Shown here: positions 1 through 17,519 of the stretch, piece after piece
Position numbering within the stretch: position 1 is the first letter of the stretch
How the letters are laid out: each line of letters starts with the position of its first letter
Translations under genes and position numbers: made by a program
Notes under the pieces: generated by a model
Seen by the model: only the letters and a program-made list of their open reading frames with translations
Databases searched by the model: none
Told to the model about the DNA's origin: nothing
Source: Escherichia coli
GTDB lineage: Bacteria; Pseudomonadota; Gammaproteobacteria; Enterobacterales; Enterobacteriaceae
Assembly (NCBI RefSeq): GCF_041886205.1
Contig: NZ_CP169029.1
Direction: 5' to 3' (one strand)
Length of the DNA: 64,000 nt

Positions 1-203
1 TCCTGGAACGCAGAGTGGTAGTGACCATAGCGAATAGAAGCACCAATGACCACACGGTCGTAGTTTTCCCACTGTGGTTCTTCAATGCGGTGCACATTGG
101 CGACATCCGCCTGGATCCCCAGTTCTTTCAGTTCCGAAGCCAAGTAGGAGGCAATCTCGCGCGTTTGTCCGTCCCTTGTTGAGAAAAGAATTAATGTTTT
201 CAC
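1..203 (-). CDS. hemG: Protoporphyrinogen oxidase HemG, N-terminal part only (gene runs off the window start)
   Basis: Reverse complement of 1..203 reads (GTG)[66 protein letters not shown], a flavodoxin-like N-terminus; lies directly downstream of trkH as in K-12. Confidence 0.85.
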   Translation of the reverse strand, partial: MKTLILFSTRDGQTREIASYLASELKELGIQADVANVHRIEEPQWENYDRVVIGASIRYGHYHSAFQ

Positions 204-214
204 GTATTACTCCA

Positions 215-1666
215 TCATTCACGCCAGAAAGTCGGGGTAAAGAGCACCAGCAATGTAAAGACCTCGAGACGACCAAACAGCATGTTGGCAATCAGGATCC
301 ATTTAGCCACCGGGTTCATACTGGTAAAGTTATCAGCAACCACGCCAAGCCCCGGCCCCAGGTTATTCAATGTCGCAACAACCGAGGCAAAAGCAGAAAA
401 GTCATCCACGCCCGTGGCGATAATCGCCAGCATACTGACAATAAACACCAATGCATAGGCGGAGAAAAATCCCCAAACGGCTTCGAGGATACGTTCCGGC
501 AGTGCGCGATTCCCCAGCTTAATGCTATAGACGGCGTTCGGATGCACCAGTCGTTTCAGCTCACGGTTCCCCTGCTTAAACAGCAGCAGGATGCGGATCA
601 CTTTCAGGCCACCGCCCGTTGACCCGGCACAACCGCCGATAAAAGCTGAACATAAAAGCAGTACCGGCAAAAAGAGCGGCCAGCGGGCAATGCTGTCAGT
701 CGTAAACCCGGCGGTTGTCGCCATCGACACCACCTGGAAAAACGCCTGGTTAATTGTCATCAGCGCCGAACTGTAGACATTGTGAAACCACAGTACGAGG
801 GTACAAATAACCACCAGCGTAAACTGTACGCCGATAAACATGCGAAATTCCGGATCGCGCCAATAAACCTTCAGACTACGCCCACTTAACAGTGAAAAGT
901 GCAGACCGTAGTTACAGCCGGAGATCAGCAGGAAGATAGCAATGATAGTGTTAATAGTCGGGCTGTCGAAATAACCGATACTGGCATCATGTGTCGAGAA
1001 GCCGCCAATAGCGATAGTCGCAAAGCTATGGCCGATGGCATCAAAGGCATCCATTCCGGCAAACCACAACGCCAGCGCACAGGCGACGGTCAGCAAGACA
1101 TAAATCAACCACAGGGTTTTCGCCGTTTCCGCAATTCGCGGGCGCATTTTGTTATCTTTCAGCGGGCCGGGCATTTCTGCGCGATAGAGCTGCATCCCAC
1201 CCACGCCGAGGATAGGCAGTATCGCAACCGCTAACACGATGATCCCCATCCCGCCAAACCATTGCAGCATCTGGCGATAAAAGAGGATGGCGTGAGGGAG
1301 CGAATCCAGCCCCACCAGCGTAGTGGCCCCGGTGGTGGTCAGGCCAGAGAAAGATTCAAAAAACGCATCGGTAATCGTGAGGTTCGGGCTTTCCGAGAAG
1401 ATAAAAGGGAGCGCACCGACACTACCCAGCACGGTCCAGAACAGCACCACTATCAGAAACCCCTCACGGGATTTCAGTTCGCCCTTCTCTTTACGGTTCG
1501 GCCACCACAGCATAGAACCAATGGCGAGGGCGACAAAAAAGGTCTGGGTAAAAGCGCGGCCCGCTCCATCCCGGTAGATGAGTGCTACCAGCCCAGGGAT
1601 AATCATGGTCCCTGAAAATAAGATGACCAGTAGTCCAACGATTCGGGTAATGGCGCGAAAATGCAT
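215..1666 (-). CDS. trkH: Trk-system K+ uptake membrane protein TrkH
   Basis: 483-aa ORF, polytopic membrane protein; sequence and synteny match K-12 TrkH. Confidence 0.95.
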   Translation of the reverse strand: MHFRAITRIVGLLVILFSGTMIIPGLVALIYRDGAGRAFTQTFFVALAIGSMLWWPNRKEKGELKSREGFLIVVLFWTVLGSVGALPFIFSESPNLTITDAFFESFSGLTTTGATTLVGLDSLPHAILFYRQMLQWFGGMGIIVLAVAILPILGVGGMQLYRAEMPGPLKDNKMRPRIAETAKTLWLIYVLLTVACALALWFAGMDAFDAIGHSFATIAIGGFSTHDASIGYFDSPTINTIIAIFLLISGCNYGLHFSLLSGRSLKVYWRDPEFRMFIGVQFTLVVICTLVLWFHNVYSSALMTINQAFFQVVSMATTAGFTTDSIARWPLFLPVLLLCSAFIGGCAGSTGGGLKVIRILLLFKQGNRELKRLVHPNAVYSIKLGNRALPERILEAVWGFFSAYALVFIVSMLAIIATGVDDFSAFASVVATLNNLGPGLGVVADNFTSMNPVAKWILIANMLFGRLEVFTLLVLFTPTFWRE

Positions 1667-1704
1667 CTCTGCCGCTTCCTTAGTTCTGCAAAACGAAGTG
1701 GGGA

Positions 1705-2319
1705 TTATTCTTCAATCGCTAACAATTGCAATGAACCACGGCTAAAATCCGCCAGCTTTGCGGAAAATTCAGCCACTTTCGCCGCCGGAAGCGCCACCCG
1801 CAGCAGAACGAATGCCTGATAATCACTGTTGATAATTTTGCCGTCACACTGCCCCAGCAACGCTTCAATGCCGGTTAACTGACTATATTCACATTGCAAA
1901 GTATATTCGGTTAATGGCGTCTTGCGTTGGGTCGTTAGCTGGCGCAGCGCCTGATTCACGCCGCCGCCATACGCTTTCACTAACCCACCGGTGCCAAGCA
2001 ATATGCCACCGTAGTAGCGCACTACCACAGCGGTAATTTCCCCGACGCCGCTGCCCATTAGCTGGGCGAGCATCGGTTTACCTGCCGTTCCTGCCGGCTC
2101 CCCGTCGTCAGAGAAACCCAGCTGTTGAGAATCATCCGGCGCACCCGCCACCCACGCCACGCAATGGTGGCGGGCATCGGGGTGTTCTGCCCGCACCGAT
2201 TCAACAAACGCTTTCGCCGCCTCAACGCCATCGGTATGCGCCAACAGTGTTATGAAGCGGCTCTTTTTGATCTCTTCAACGACCGTGACCGGTGCCGCAG
2301 GAATTAACCAGCTTTCCAT
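1705..2319 (-). CDS. yigZ: IMPACT-family protein YigZ
   Basis: 204-aa ORF from the ATG at 2317..2319 ([10 protein letters not shown]...); the start overlaps the pepQ stop by 1 nt. Confidence 0.9.
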   Translation of the reverse strand: MESWLIPAAPVTVVEEIKKSRFITLLAHTDGVEAAKAFVESVRAEHPDARHHCVAWVAGAPDDSQQLGFSDDGEPAGTAGKPMLAQLMGSGVGEITAVVVRYYGGILLGTGGLVKAYGGGVNQALRQLTTQRKTPLTEYTLQCEYSQLTGIEALLGQCDGKIINSDYQAFVLLRVALPAAKVAEFSAKLADFSRGSLQLLAIEE

Positions 2320-3650
2320 CACGCCAGTTTCAGATCCCGGGTCATGTTTTCCACGTTGTTTTCGTGGATCACCACGTTGTCTTCGATACGAATGCCGCCG
2401 AACGGTTTCAGTGCTTCAATTTTCTGCCAGTTGAAGTGCTTGCTGAACTGCCCTTCACGCCACGGTGCCAGTAGCGATTCAATGAAGTAGATACCCGGTT
2501 CGATGGTTAACACCATGCCCGGCTGGAGAATACGGGTGCAGCGCAGGTACGGATATTTTGCCGGTGCCGCGAGGTGTGTACCGCTATCATCCTGCATAAA
2601 ACCGGCTACGTCATGCACCTGCAGGCCCAGCGGATGACCGATACCATGCGGCATAAACGGTCCGGTGAGATTGTTTTCGACCATCGCTTCTTCACTCATA
2701 TCGGTGATGATTTGATGTTTACGCAGCAATTTGGCGATACGCTGATGGAACTGGATGTGGTAATCCACATAGCTGACGCCAGCTTTCATGGTGGCGATCA
2801 GCGCAAGTTGTTCATCATTTACGTCTTTCACCAGCTGTGCGTAGTCGTTGTCGCTTTTTGCCGACCAGGTACGGGTCAGGTCAGCCGCATAGCCGTTATA
2901 TTCGGTCCCGGCATCCAGCAGGAAGCTGCGCATCTCTTCCGGCGCCTGATGATCCAGTTTGGTGTAATGCAGCACCGCAGCGTGTTCGTTGAGCGCCACA
3001 ATGTTGCTGTAAGGCACGTCGGTATCACGATGACCGGTCGCGGTCAGATAGGCAATGTTGATATCGAACTCGCTCATGCCAGAACGGAACGCTTCTTCTG
3101 CCGCGCGATGACCGTTGACCGCCATTTTCTGCGCTTCACGCATACAGGCCAGTTCGTACTCGGTTTTGAAGGAGCGATAGTAATGCAGGTAGTCGATCAC
3201 CCCTTTCGGGTTGATGTTGCTGGCCTCAATACCCAGTTGCAGCGCACGTTCCGGCACCGGACCGATATAACCGATATTGCCGCGCGCAGCAGGCAGCAGG
3301 CTACCAATGCCATCGGCTTTCGGCAGCGCGATCACTTCCACATCTTCAGTCCAGAAGGAGGTCGGCAGCGGTTCGACGTTGTGCCAGTAATCAACCGGCA
3401 GATAGAACCACAGTTTCGGCTTATTCACGCCATCCACCAGCAACCAGCAGTTTGGTACCTGAGTTACCGGCACCCACGCTTTGAATTGCGGGTTCACTTT
3501 AAACGGATAGGGATGATCGTCGAGAAAAACGTTGAACAGTTCGCCGGAGTGAATAAGTAACGCATCCAGCTTGAAGCGCGTCAGCGCATCGCGAGTCCGT
3601 TCCTGCAATGTAGCTATATGATTTTTATAGAGCGAGGCCAGTGATTCCAT
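2319..3650 (-). CDS. pepQ: Xaa-Pro dipeptidase (prolidase) PepQ
   Basis: 443-aa [22 protein letters not shown]...; M24-type metallopeptidase; divergent from fadB. Confidence 0.95.
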   Translation of the reverse strand: MESLASLYKNHIATLQERTRDALTRFKLDALLIHSGELFNVFLDDHPYPFKVNPQFKAWVPVTQVPNCWLLVDGVNKPKLWFYLPVDYWHNVEPLPTSFWTEDVEVIALPKADGIGSLLPAARGNIGYIGPVPERALQLGIEASNINPKGVIDYLHYYRSFKTEYELACMREAQKMAVNGHRAAEEAFRSGMSEFDINIAYLTATGHRDTDVPYSNIVALNEHAAVLHYTKLDHQAPEEMRSFLLDAGTEYNGYAADLTRTWSAKSDNDYAQLVKDVNDEQLALIATMKAGVSYVDYHIQFHQRIAKLLRKHQIITDMSEEAMVENNLTGPFMPHGIGHPLGLQVHDVAGFMQDDSGTHLAAPAKYPYLRCTRILQPGMVLTIEPGIYFIESLLAPWREGQFSKHFNWQKIEALKPFGGIRIEDNVVIHENNVENMTRDLKLA

Positions 3651-3797
3651 TTTTTACCCTTCTGTTTTTTTGACCTTAAGTCTCCGCATCTTAGCACATC
3701 GTTCATCCAGAGCGTGATTTCTGCCGAGCGTGATCAGATCGGCATTTCTTTAATCTTTTATTTGCATATTTTTAACACAAAATACACACTTCGATGC

Positions 3798-3814
3798 ATC
3801 TGGTACGACCAGAT
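3798..3814. promoter_or_regulatory. FadR operator in the fadBA promoter
   Basis: Palindromic ATCTGGTACGACCAGAT, 26 bp upstream of the fadB start; matches the known FadR box of fadB. Confidence 0.8.
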
Positions 3815-3839
3815 CACCTTGCGGATTCAGGAGACTGAC

Positions 3840-6029
3840 ATGCTTTACAAAGGCGACACCCTGTACCTTGACTGGCTGGAAGATGGCATTGCCGAACTGG
3901 TATTTGATGCCCCAGGTTCAGTTAATAAACTCGACACTGCGACCGTCGCCAGCCTTGGCGAGGCCATCGGCGTGCTGGAACAGCAATCAGATCTAAAAGG
4001 GCTGCTACTGCGTTCGAACAAAGCAGCCTTTATCGTCGGTGCTGATATCACCGAATTTTTGTCCCTGTTCCTCGTTCCTGAAGAACAGTTAAGTCAGTGG
4101 CTGCACTTTGCCAATAGCGTGTTTAATCGCCTGGAAGATCTGCCGGTGCCGACCATTGCTGCCGTCAACAGCTATGCGCTGGGCGGTGGCTGCGAATGCG
4201 TGCTGGCGACCGATTATCGTCTGGCGACGCCGGATCTGCGCATCGGTCTGCCGGAAACCAAACTGGGCATCATGCCGGGCTTTGGCGGTTCTGTACGTAT
4301 GCCACGTATGCTGGGCGCTGACAGTGCGCTGGAAATCATTGCCGCCGGTAAAGATGTCGGCGCGGATCAGGCGCTGAAAATCGGTCTGGTGGATGGGGTA
4401 GTCAAAGCAGAAAAACTGGTTGAAGGGGCGATGGCGATTTTACGCCAGGCCATTAACGGCGACCTCGACTGGAAAGCAAAACGTCAGCCGAAGCTGGAAC
4501 CGCTAAAACTGAGCAAGATTGAAGCCACCATGAGCTTCACCATCGCTAAAGGGATGGTCGCACAAACGGCGGGGAAACATTATCCGGCCCCCATCACCGC
4601 AGTAAAAACCATTGAAGCTGCGGCCCGTTTTGGTCGTGAAGAAGCCTTAAATCTGGAAAACAAAAGTTTTGTCCCGCTGGCACATACCAACGAAGCCCGC
4701 GCACTGGTCGGCATTTTCCTTAATGATCAATATGTAAAAGGCAAAGCGAAGAAACTCACCAAAGACGTTGAAACACCGAAACAGGCCGCTGTACTGGGCG
4801 CAGGCATTATGGGCGGCGGTATCGCTTACCAGTCTGCGTGGAAAGGCGTGCCGGTTGTCATGAAAGATATCAACGACAAGTCGTTAGCCCTCGGCATGAC
4901 TGAAGCCGCGAAACTACTGAACAAGCAGCTTGAGCGCGGCAAGATCGATGGTCTGAAACTGGCTGGCGTGATCTCCACGATCCACCCAACGCTCGACTAC
5001 GCCGGATTTGACCGCGTGGATGTTGTGGTAGAAGCGGTTGTCGAAAACCCGAAAGTGAAAAAAGCCGTACTGGCAGAAACCGAGCAGAAAGTACGCCCGG
5101 ATACCGTGCTGGCGTCTAACACTTCAACCATTCCTATCAGCGAACTGGCCAACGCGCTGGAACGTCCGGAAAACTTCTGCGGGATGCACTTCTTTAACCC
5201 GGTCCACCGAATGCCGTTGGTGGAAATTATTCGCGGCGAGAAAAGCTCCGACGAAACCATCGCGAAAGTCGTCGCCTGGGCGAGCAAGATGGGCAAAACG
5301 CCGATTGTGGTTAACGACTGCCCCGGCTTCTTCGTCAACCGCGTGCTGTTCCCGTATTTCGCCGGTTTCAGCCAGTTGCTGCGCGACGGCGCGGATTTCC
5401 GCAAGATCGACAAAGTGATGGAAAAACAGTTTGGCTGGCCGATGGGTCCGGCATATCTGCTGGATGTCGTGGGCATTGATACCGCGCATCACGCTCAGGC
5501 TGTCATGGCAGCAGGCTTCCCGCAGCGGATGCAGAAAGATTATCGCGATGCCATCGACGCGCTGTTTGATGCCAACCGCTTTGGTCAGAAGAACGGCCTC
5601 GGTTTCTGGCATTATAAAGAAGACAGCAAAGGTAAGCCGAAGAAAGAAGAAGACGCCGCTGTTGACGACCTGCTGGCAGAAGTGAGCCAGCCGAAGCGCG
5701 ATTTCAGCGAAGAAGAGATTATCGCCCGCATGATGATCCCGATGGTCAACGAAGTGGTCCGCTGTCTGGAAGAGGGCATTATCGCCACTCCGGCGGAAGC
5801 GGATATGGCGCTGGTCTACGGCCTGGGCTTCCCTCCGTTCCACGGCGGCGCGTTCCGCTGGCTGGACACCCTCGGTAGCGCAAAATACCTCGATATGGCA
5901 CAGCAATATCAGCACCTCGGCCCGCTGTATGAAGTGCCGGAAGGTCTGCGTAATAAAGCGCGTCATAACGAACCGTACTATCCTCCGGTTGAGCCAGCCC
6001 GTCCGGTTGGCGACCTGAAAACGGCTTAA
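3840..6029 (+). CDS. fadB: Fatty-acid oxidation complex alpha subunit (enoyl-CoA hydratase / 3-hydroxyacyl-CoA dehydrogenase) FadB
   Basis: 729-aa product from [22 protein letters not shown]...; the ORF-track start at 3714 is an upstream in-frame extension. Confidence 0.95.
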   Translation: MLYKGDTLYLDWLEDGIAELVFDAPGSVNKLDTATVASLGEAIGVLEQQSDLKGLLLRSNKAAFIVGADITEFLSLFLVPEEQLSQWLHFANSVFNRLEDLPVPTIAAVNSYALGGGCECVLATDYRLATPDLRIGLPETKLGIMPGFGGSVRMPRMLGADSALEIIAAGKDVGADQALKIGLVDGVVKAEKLVEGAMAILRQAINGDLDWKAKRQPKLEPLKLSKIEATMSFTIAKGMVAQTAGKHYPAPITAVKTIEAAARFGREEALNLENKSFVPLAHTNEARALVGIFLNDQYVKGKAKKLTKDVETPKQAAVLGAGIMGGGIAYQSAWKGVPVVMKDINDKSLALGMTEAAKLLNKQLERGKIDGLKLAGVISTIHPTLDYAGFDRVDVVVEAVVENPKVKKAVLAETEQKVRPDTVLASNTSTIPISELANALERPENFCGMHFFNPVHRMPLVEIIRGEKSSDETIAKVVAWASKMGKTPIVVNDCPGFFVNRVLFPYFAGFSQLLRDGADFRKIDKVMEKQFGWPMGPAYLLDVVGIDTAHHAQAVMAAGFPQRMQKDYRDAIDALFDANRFGQKNGLGFWHYKEDSKGKPKKEEDAAVDDLLAEVSQPKRDFSEEEIIARMMIPMVNEVVRCLEEGIIATPAEADMALVYGLGFPPFHGGAFRWLDTLGSAKYLDMAQQYQHLGPLYEVPEGLRNKARHNEPYYPPVEPARPVGDLKTA

Positions 6030-7202
<1,173 letters not shown>

Positions 7203-7208
7203 GCACTT

Positions 7209-7392
<184 letters not shown>

Positions 7393-7453
7393 TGGTTTGC
7401 CAGATACGTCATAGATCTAAATGCCACTGAATAACAGTTTAGTTGCCGTTCTT

Positions 7454-7478
7454 CCCGCCTGTCAGGGGCGGGTTTTTT
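7454..7478 (+). terminator. Rho-independent terminator downstream of fadBA (also 3' of fre on the other strand)
   Basis: Hairpin cccgcc-tgtcagg-ggcggg followed by TTTTTT. Confidence 0.7.
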
Positions 7479-7483
7479 ATATC

Positions 7484-8185
7484 TCAGATAAATGCAAACG
7501 CATCGCCAAACAGGCGATCTTCCCGCGCATTACGCTCACTGCAAAACAGGTCACGAGCAATTTTCGCCATCTCAAAACGTCCGGCAATATAGATATCATG
7601 CTCTGCCAGCGTACCGTGATCCTGCAATACCGCCGTTAACACGGTGCCAGTACGCCCACGCCAGCCCGCTTCCGGTTGTTCAACCACCGGCACCACTTGC
7701 AGACCAGGGTGCTTTAACGAAAGCGCCTCAAGCTCGCAGAGATCATACAGATGCTGCTCTTCACGCCCGCCCCAGTAAATGGTGATATCACGGTTTGGGT
7801 TACGCGCCAACGCTGTCAGCAAAATCGAGCGGGCATAAGAGAACCCGGTGCCGCCCGCAATCAAAATCATCGGACGCTCTTCATCATCGCGCAGCCACGC
7901 TTCTCCGTGGGGAATATCGACCACGATTTGATGATCTTTGAGGATGCGGTCCATGACTGCTTTCGCGTAAAGGTTGATTTCAGAAGCGCCAATATGCAGC
8001 TCGATAAACCCTTTTTCATCCGGCGTCGAGGCCATTGAGAACGGACGTTTGTCGCGCTCATCCATCACTACCATCAAATACTGACCAGCACGAAAAGAAA
8101 AGGCCGCGTCTGGCACGATGCGGACACGATATACGGTATCCGTGATAGCTTCTACCGAGGTCACTTTACAGCTTAAGGTTGTCAT
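7484..8185 (-). CDS. fre: NAD(P)H-flavin reductase Fre
   Basis: 233-aa product from [21 protein letters not shown]...; the ORF-track start at 8218 is an upstream extension. Confidence 0.93.
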
Positions 8186-8230
8186 GCGCTTTCTCTGTCG
8201 GATCGATAAATAGGGCAAAACAAACGCGCA

Positions 8231-9724
8231 TCAGGCGCTTTTACCGTTGTTAAAAATAGCCAGTTCATCCCAGATGGCGTCAATATGCGCGACAACATCT
8301 GGATCTTTTTTGATGGGACGCCCCCATTCACGCTGGGTTTCCCCCGGCCATTTATTCGTGGCATCCAGCCCCATTTTTGAACCCAGCCCGGAGACAGGCG
8401 AGGCAAAATCCAGATAATCAATAGGCGTATTTTCTACCAGAACAGTATCCCGCGCCGGGTCCATACGGGTGGTAATCGCCCAAATCACATCGTTCCAGTC
8501 GCGTGCGTTGACGTCATCATCGCAAACGATCACAAATTTAGTGTACATAAACTGGCGTAAGAACGACCAGACGCCCATCATGACGCGCTTCGCGTGTCCG
8601 GCGTACTGTTTTTTGATCGTCACTACCGCCAGACGATAAGAACAGCCTTCCGGCGGCAGGTAGAAATCGACAATTTCCGGGAACTGTTTTTGCAGAATCG
8701 GCACGAACACTTCGTTCAACGCCACGCCCAGCACTGCCGGTTCATCTGGTGGACGGCCGGTATAAGTGGAGTGATAAATCGCATCTTCACGCTGGGTAAT
8801 ATGCGTCACGGTAAATACCGGGAAACTGTCGACTTCGTTATAGTAACCGGTGTGGTCGCCATACGGCCCTTCCGGCGCAGTTTCGCCTTGTTCGATATAC
8901 CCTTCCAGCACAATCTCCGCACTGGCGGGCACTTCAAGGTCATTGGAAATACACTTCACCACTTCGGTCTTGGTGCCACGTAGCAATCCGGCAAACGCAT
9001 ACTCTGAAAGCGTATCCGGAACGGGAGTGACTGCACCGAGAATCGTGGCGGGATCGGCACCCAGCGCCACAGAAACCGGGAAACGTTCGCCCGGATGCGC
9101 CGCACACCACTCCTGATAATCCAGCGCGCCGCCGCGATGCGACAGCCAGCGCATAATCAGTTTGTTTTTACCAATCAGCTGCTGGCGATAAATGCCCAGA
9201 TTCTGCCGCTCTTTATGCGGGCCGCGCGTCACTGTCAGCCCCCAGGTAATCAGCGGCGCGGCATCTTCCGGCCAGCAGGTCATAATGGGAATGCGATTGA
9301 GATCGACGTCATCGCCAGAGACGATTTTTTGTTGGCAGGGCGCACCACGCAGCCGCTTTGTCGGCATGTTCAATACTTGCTTAAACTGCGGCAGTTTATC
9401 AAACAGGTCGCGGAAACCTTTTGGCGGCTCCGGCTCTTTCAGAAACGCCAATAATTTACCAACTTCACGCAGCGCCGAAACATCTTCCTGCCCCATGCCC
9501 ATCGCCACGCGCTTTGGCGTACCGAACAGGTTGCACAGCACCGGCATTGAGTAGCCTTTAGGGTTTTCGAACAACAGCGCAGGCCCACCGGCACGCAAAG
9601 TGCGGTCAGCAATTTCAGTGATTTCCAGATGCGGATCCACCGGGAGCGTGATACGTTTTAGCTCACCCTGCTGTTCAAGCAGCGTCAGGAAGTCGCGTAA
9701 ATCGTTATATTTCATGGCGTCCAT
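8231..9724 (-). CDS. ubiD: 3-octaprenyl-4-hydroxybenzoate decarboxylase UbiD
   Basis: 497-aa [31 protein letters not shown]... Confidence 0.95.
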   Translation of the reverse strand: MDAMKYNDLRDFLTLLEQQGELKRITLPVDPHLEITEIADRTLRAGGPALLFENPKGYSMPVLCNLFGTPKRVAMGMGQEDVSALREVGKLLAFLKEPEPPKGFRDLFDKLPQFKQVLNMPTKRLRGAPCQQKIVSGDDVDLNRIPIMTCWPEDAAPLITWGLTVTRGPHKERQNLGIYRQQLIGKNKLIMRWLSHRGGALDYQEWCAAHPGERFPVSVALGADPATILGAVTPVPDTLSEYAFAGLLRGTKTEVVKCISNDLEVPASAEIVLEGYIEQGETAPEGPYGDHTGYYNEVDSFPVFTVTHITQREDAIYHSTYTGRPPDEPAVLGVALNEVFVPILQKQFPEIVDFYLPPEGCSYRLAVVTIKKQYAGHAKRVMMGVWSFLRQFMYTKFVIVCDDDVNARDWNDVIWAITTRMDPARDTVLVENTPIDYLDFASPVSGLGSKMGLDATNKWPGETQREWGRPIKKDPDVVAHIDAIWDELAIFNNGKSA

Positions 9725-9845
9725 TGTAGCCTCTTAATCTGCGCCCATTATACGGCGTTCATCTTTGTGATGCTGTAAATTTGTTAAATTAGCGTGAACT
9801 CTGACGGTATAACGCAAACCGGGGAATATAATTAACTTAGCGTAA

Positions 9846-11158
<1,313 letters not shown>

Positions 11159-11199
11159 CCTGTACTCCATATGACAACCGCCCTGACGGGCGGTTGAAT

Positions 11200-11976
11200 T
11201 TATTCTTCAGTTTTTTCGCTTTCTGCTTCAGCGTCGTTTTCCTCTTCCCGATTTCGCCCTTTACCAACGTAAAAGCGTGAGAAGAAGACACCGATTTCAA
11301 ACAGACAGTACATCGGGATCGCCAACAGCGTTTGCGAGAAGACATCCGGCGGCGTCAGCAACATCCCGACAACGAATGCACCAACCAGCACATACGGGCG
11401 TTTTTTGCGTAAGTCTTCTGGCGAGGTAATCCCCATCCAGCACAGCAGCACAATTGCCACAGGCACTTCAAAGGAGACACCAAACGCCATAAACAACGCC
11501 ATAACAAAGCTTAAATAGCTGGCGATGTCGGTGGATACCTGCACCCCTTCCGGCGCGGTATTGGCAAGGAAGCCAAATGCCAGCGGAAAGACCACAAAGT
11601 AGGCGAACGCCATGCCGATATAAAACAGCAGAGAGCTGGAAACCAGCAGCGGCACCACCAGGCGACGTTCATGCTTATACAGCGCTGGGGCGATAAATGC
11701 CCACACCTGATAGAGAATCACCGGCGCTGACAGAATCAGCGACACCATAAAGGTCAGCTTGATCGGCGTAAAGAACGGCGAGGCCACGTCGGTGGCGATC
11801 ATCGTTGAACCTTGCGGCAACTGCTTGATCAATGGCGCGGATACCAGGTGATAGATGTCATTGGCGAAATAGACCAGACACAGGAATATCACGATCACCG
11901 CGATAATGCAGTTCAGCAGACGCTTACGCAGCTCAATCAGATGCGTGATAAGCGGTTGAGTATCTTCTACAGACAT
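11200..11976 (-). CDS. tatC: Twin-arginine translocase subunit TatC
   Basis: 258-aa [24 protein letters not shown]...; polytopic membrane protein. Confidence 0.96.
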
Positions 11977-11978
11977 GT

Positions 11979-12494
11979 TTACGGTTTATCACTCGACGAA
12001 GGGGAAGGTGCAGCGGTTTTCGGTTCAGCGTCCGCAGCAGGTTTTACCACCGGCTCTGGCGTGGTTTCTGGCTTCTGTTCCGGCGAACTGGCCTGCGTTT
12101 GTGCAGCGGCAGGCGTTACGCCTTCATGCGCAGCTTCATTGTCTTTCACCACCGGGTTATGGATGGTGTGCGCTTCATCGCTCGCCTTTTCAGGATCGTT
12201 TGCAACGTAGGAACGCTTCATCGACTCTGCGGCCTGGCGTAATTCATCCATCGACGCTTTCAGTTCGGGCGTCAGATTAGTGAGGCTCGCCTTTTCAACC
12301 TTTTTCAGACTGTCCTGAAACTCCTGGAGTTTTAACTCCTGGGTCAGTTCGTTCTGCACCGTTGTCGCCAGTGAACGCAACGCGCGAATCCAGCCCGCTA
12401 CCGTTTTTACCGCCACAGGCAGTCGTTGCGGCCCCAGAACGACTAGGCCGATGATGAACACCAATAGCAGTTCGCTAAAACCGATATCAAACAC
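11979..12494 (-). CDS. tatB: Twin-arginine translocase subunit TatB
   Basis: 171-aa [29 protein letters not shown]... Confidence 0.96.
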
Positions 12495-12497
12495 GGA

Positions 12498-12767
12498 TTA
12501 CACCTGCTCTTTATCGTGGCGCTTCGCGTCTTCTGTTTTAGCCTGTTCCTGATTCGTATCCGCCTGCTTATCGGCGATAGTTTTCGCAGTAAAATCAGCA
12601 TCCTGACTGGTTTTATCCTGCTTTGGTTCATCATCGCTCATTGCTTTTTTAAAGCCTTTGATCGACGCACCAAGATCGGAACCGATGGAGCCGAGCTTTT
12701 TGGTGCCAAAAAGCAGTACAACGATGACGGCAATAATCAATAACTGCCAAATACTGATACCACCCAT
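12498..12767 (-). CDS. tatA: Twin-arginine translocase subunit TatA
   Basis: 89-aa product from [27 protein letters not shown]...; the ORF-track start at 12809 is an upstream extension. Confidence 0.95.
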   Translation of the reverse strand: MGGISIWQLLIIAVIVVLLFGTKKLGSIGSDLGASIKGFKKAMSDDEPKQDKTSQDADFTAKTIADKQADTNQEQAKTEDAKRHDKEQV

Positions 12768-12845
12768 ACATGTTCCTCTGTGGTAGATGATGATTAAACA
12801 AGGCCGCATTATACGTTACACGGCCCGCCTTGAGCGATGAAAAAA

Positions 12846-15088
<2,243 letters not shown>

Positions 15089-15101
15089 TTCCGGTCTCCT
15101 G

Positions 15102-15857
15102 TCAGAACTTATAACCACGATGCAACGCCACAACCCCTGCCGTCAGATTGTAGTAGTCGACACTTTCGAATCCAGCATCCTGCATCATGGCTTTCAGGGT
15201 ATCCTGATCGGGATGCATACGGATGGATTCTGCCAGATAACGGTAGCTGTCGGCGTCGTTCGCGACCAGTGAGCCAATACGCGGCAGCACATGGAAGGAG
15301 TATGCATCATAGGCTTTGCTCAGCGGCTCGATAATTGGCTTCGAGAACTCAAGCACCAGCAGGCGGCCGCCGGGTTTCAGCACGCGATACATTGAACGCA
15401 GTGCTTTATCTTTGTCGGTGACGTTACGCAGACCAAACGAAATGGTGATGCAATCAAAGGTGTTATCCGGGAACGGCAGCGCCTCAGCGTTCGCCTGAAC
15501 ATACTCAACGTTGCCAATCACACCGATATTACGCAGCTTCTCGCGTCCCATTTTGAGCATGGATTCATTGATATCAGCAAGGACCACTTTGCCAGTTTCT
15601 CCGACCAGGCGGGAGAATTTCGCTGTCAGGTCGCCGGTGCCACCAGCCAGATCCAGCACGGTCTGCCCACGGCGTACGCCGCTGCAATCAATCGTGAATC
15701 GCTTCCACAAACGATGAATACCAAATGACATCAAATCATTCATGACATCGTATTTTGATGCCACGGAATGGAAAACGTGGGCGACCATATCCGCTTTTTG
15801 TTCCTTCGCGACGGTCTGAAAACCAAAGTGCGTCGTTTCTTGTGACTTATCCACCAT
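15102..15857 (-). CDS. ubiE: Ubiquinone/menaquinone C-methyltransferase UbiE
   Basis: 251-aa [29 protein letters not shown]...; SAM-dependent methyltransferase motif LDLAGGTGD. Confidence 0.95.
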
Positions 15858-15951
15858 CTCAATGCCTGCTCATCAAAAAATTGTTCCAGAAGTGTAACAG
15901 ATTGGGCGTCGATGCCCTAGATTTCTACCCGGCTTAACTACCCCCAATGGG

Positions 15952-17379
15952 CTAGCGCGACTGCTGATTATATTCATCATCGCGTTGATAAGCTTCATCA
16001 TTCGGCTGCTCCGGAACCGACCGAAGTCGATACTCTTCATCCTGGCTCACCGCCTGTTCAGCCAAATCCGGATTAATCTCGCGTTTTATTTCTACTCCTA
16101 AACCGCGAAACGCTTCTGCCTGCGCCAGCACATTTCCGCGCCCTGAAGAGAGTTTTTTCATTGCCTGCCGATAGTTATCCTGCGCTTTGTCGAGACTTTG
16201 ACCAATCGCGGACATGTCATCGATGAACAAACGCATCTTGTCGTACAGCTTGCTGGCACGATCGGCGATTTGCTGGGCGTTGCGGCTTTGATGCTCATAA
16301 CGCCACAGGTTGGCGATAGTGCGCAGCGCCACCAGCAGCGTAGTCGGGCTAACCAGCATGATATTGTTTTTCAACGCTTCGGTGATCAGCTCCGGCTGGC
16401 GGTCAAGCGCCAGTAAAAAAGCGGGTTCAACGGGAATAAACATCAGCACGTAATCCAGGGTTCGCAGCCCCGGCAGTTGTTGATAATCTTTGCGTCCCAG
16501 CAAACGGATATGGTTACGCACCGACGCGATATGTTCCTGTAGCGCGCTTTCGCGGGTGTAGTCGTCTTCGGCGTTAAAATAGCGTTCATAGGCGACCAGC
16601 GTCATTTTGGCGTCGATCACCACATCTTTTCCCTGCGGCAGCCGCACGATGACATCCGGCTGCATCCGCGAGCGGGCGTCATTTTCGATGCTGACCTGGG
16701 TTTCATATTCATACCCTTCACGCAGACCGGAAGCCTCCAGCACCCGCGTCAATACTACCTCGCCCCAGTTGCCCTGGGTTTTATTGTCGCCTTTCAGCGC
16801 GCGCGTCAGGTTGATCGCTTCCTGGGCCATTTGCGCATTGAGCTGCTGGAGATTGCGAATTTCGTGGGTCAGGGTATGGCGTTCTTGTGCTTCTTTACCG
16901 AAGCTGTCCTGAACCTGACGGCGGAAACCGTCCAGTTGTTCACGTAGCGGCGACAACAGGCTGTTCAGACTCTGACGGTTTTGCTCATCAACCCGGCGAT
17001 TGCTGTGCTCAAAAATACGGTTGGCGAGGTTTTCAAACTGCTCACTGAGGCGCTGCTCGCTGTTAATCATCTGGCGAATTTTATCGTCAGCATGTTGCTG
17101 TGCGGCTTCCATCCGCGTGGTTACTTCACGCAGATCGGCCTCCAGAGAGGTGTTAATACTTTGCAGGCTGCGCACTTCGTTATTGAGTAACTCGCACTCT
17201 GCACGCCAGTGCTCGCTTTGGGTAATTTGTTGTTTTGCCGCGCTTAACTCCGCGACCATCTCTTCACGTTCAGCTAATTGCTCGGCTTTTTGCTGCGCAT
17301 GTTGATAACTGGCAAACAGCCAGCCAATTGCCACACCCACCAACGCAATAACTGCGTAAACCATGATTGAGAAATCCAC
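15952..17379 (-). CDS. rmuC: DNA recombination protein RmuC
   Basis: 475-aa ORF with N-terminal TM segment and long coiled-coil region; synteny between ubiE and udp. Confidence 0.92.
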   Translation of the reverse strand: MDFSIMVYAVIALVGVAIGWLFASYQHAQQKAEQLAEREEMVAELSAAKQQITQSEHWRAECELLNNEVRSLQSINTSLEADLREVTTRMEAAQQHADDKIRQMINSEQRLSEQFENLANRIFEHSNRRVDEQNRQSLNSLLSPLREQLDGFRRQVQDSFGKEAQERHTLTHEIRNLQQLNAQMAQEAINLTRALKGDNKTQGNWGEVVLTRVLEASGLREGYEYETQVSIENDARSRMQPDVIVRLPQGKDVVIDAKMTLVAYERYFNAEDDYTRESALQEHIASVRNHIRLLGRKDYQQLPGLRTLDYVLMFIPVEPAFLLALDRQPELITEALKNNIMLVSPTTLLVALRTIANLWRYEHQSRNAQQIADRASKLYDKMRLFIDDMSAIGQSLDKAQDNYRQAMKKLSSGRGNVLAQAEAFRGLGVEIKREINPDLAEQAVSQDEEYRLRSVPEQPNDEAYQRDDEYNQQSR

Positions 17380-17470
17380 AACGCCTCCTGACGCAACAAC
17401 TTACCCGCACAAAATAGAATTGTGCTGTACAAACGTCCAGTTGGAAAGGCATTTCCTGCGAGGCGCTACG

Positions 17471-17500
17471 CAAAAATACAAAAGGCCGAACGCGTCGGCC
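17471..17500 (-). terminator. Rho-independent terminator of udp
   Basis: On the minus strand: hairpin ggccgacgcgttcggcc followed by TTTTGTATTTTT, immediately 3' of the udp stop. Confidence 0.7.
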
Positions 17501-17519
17501 TTCAGACAGGAGAAGAGAA

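Noticed and set aside
74-622. 182-aa ORF on the + strand
   Set aside because: Antisense to hemG and trkH, both clearly recognisable on the minus strand.
2574-3560. 328-aa ORF on the + strand
   Set aside because: Entirely antisense to the well-supported pepQ gene; Arg/His/Gln-rich composition typical of the complement of a GC-rich coding frame; no RBS context.
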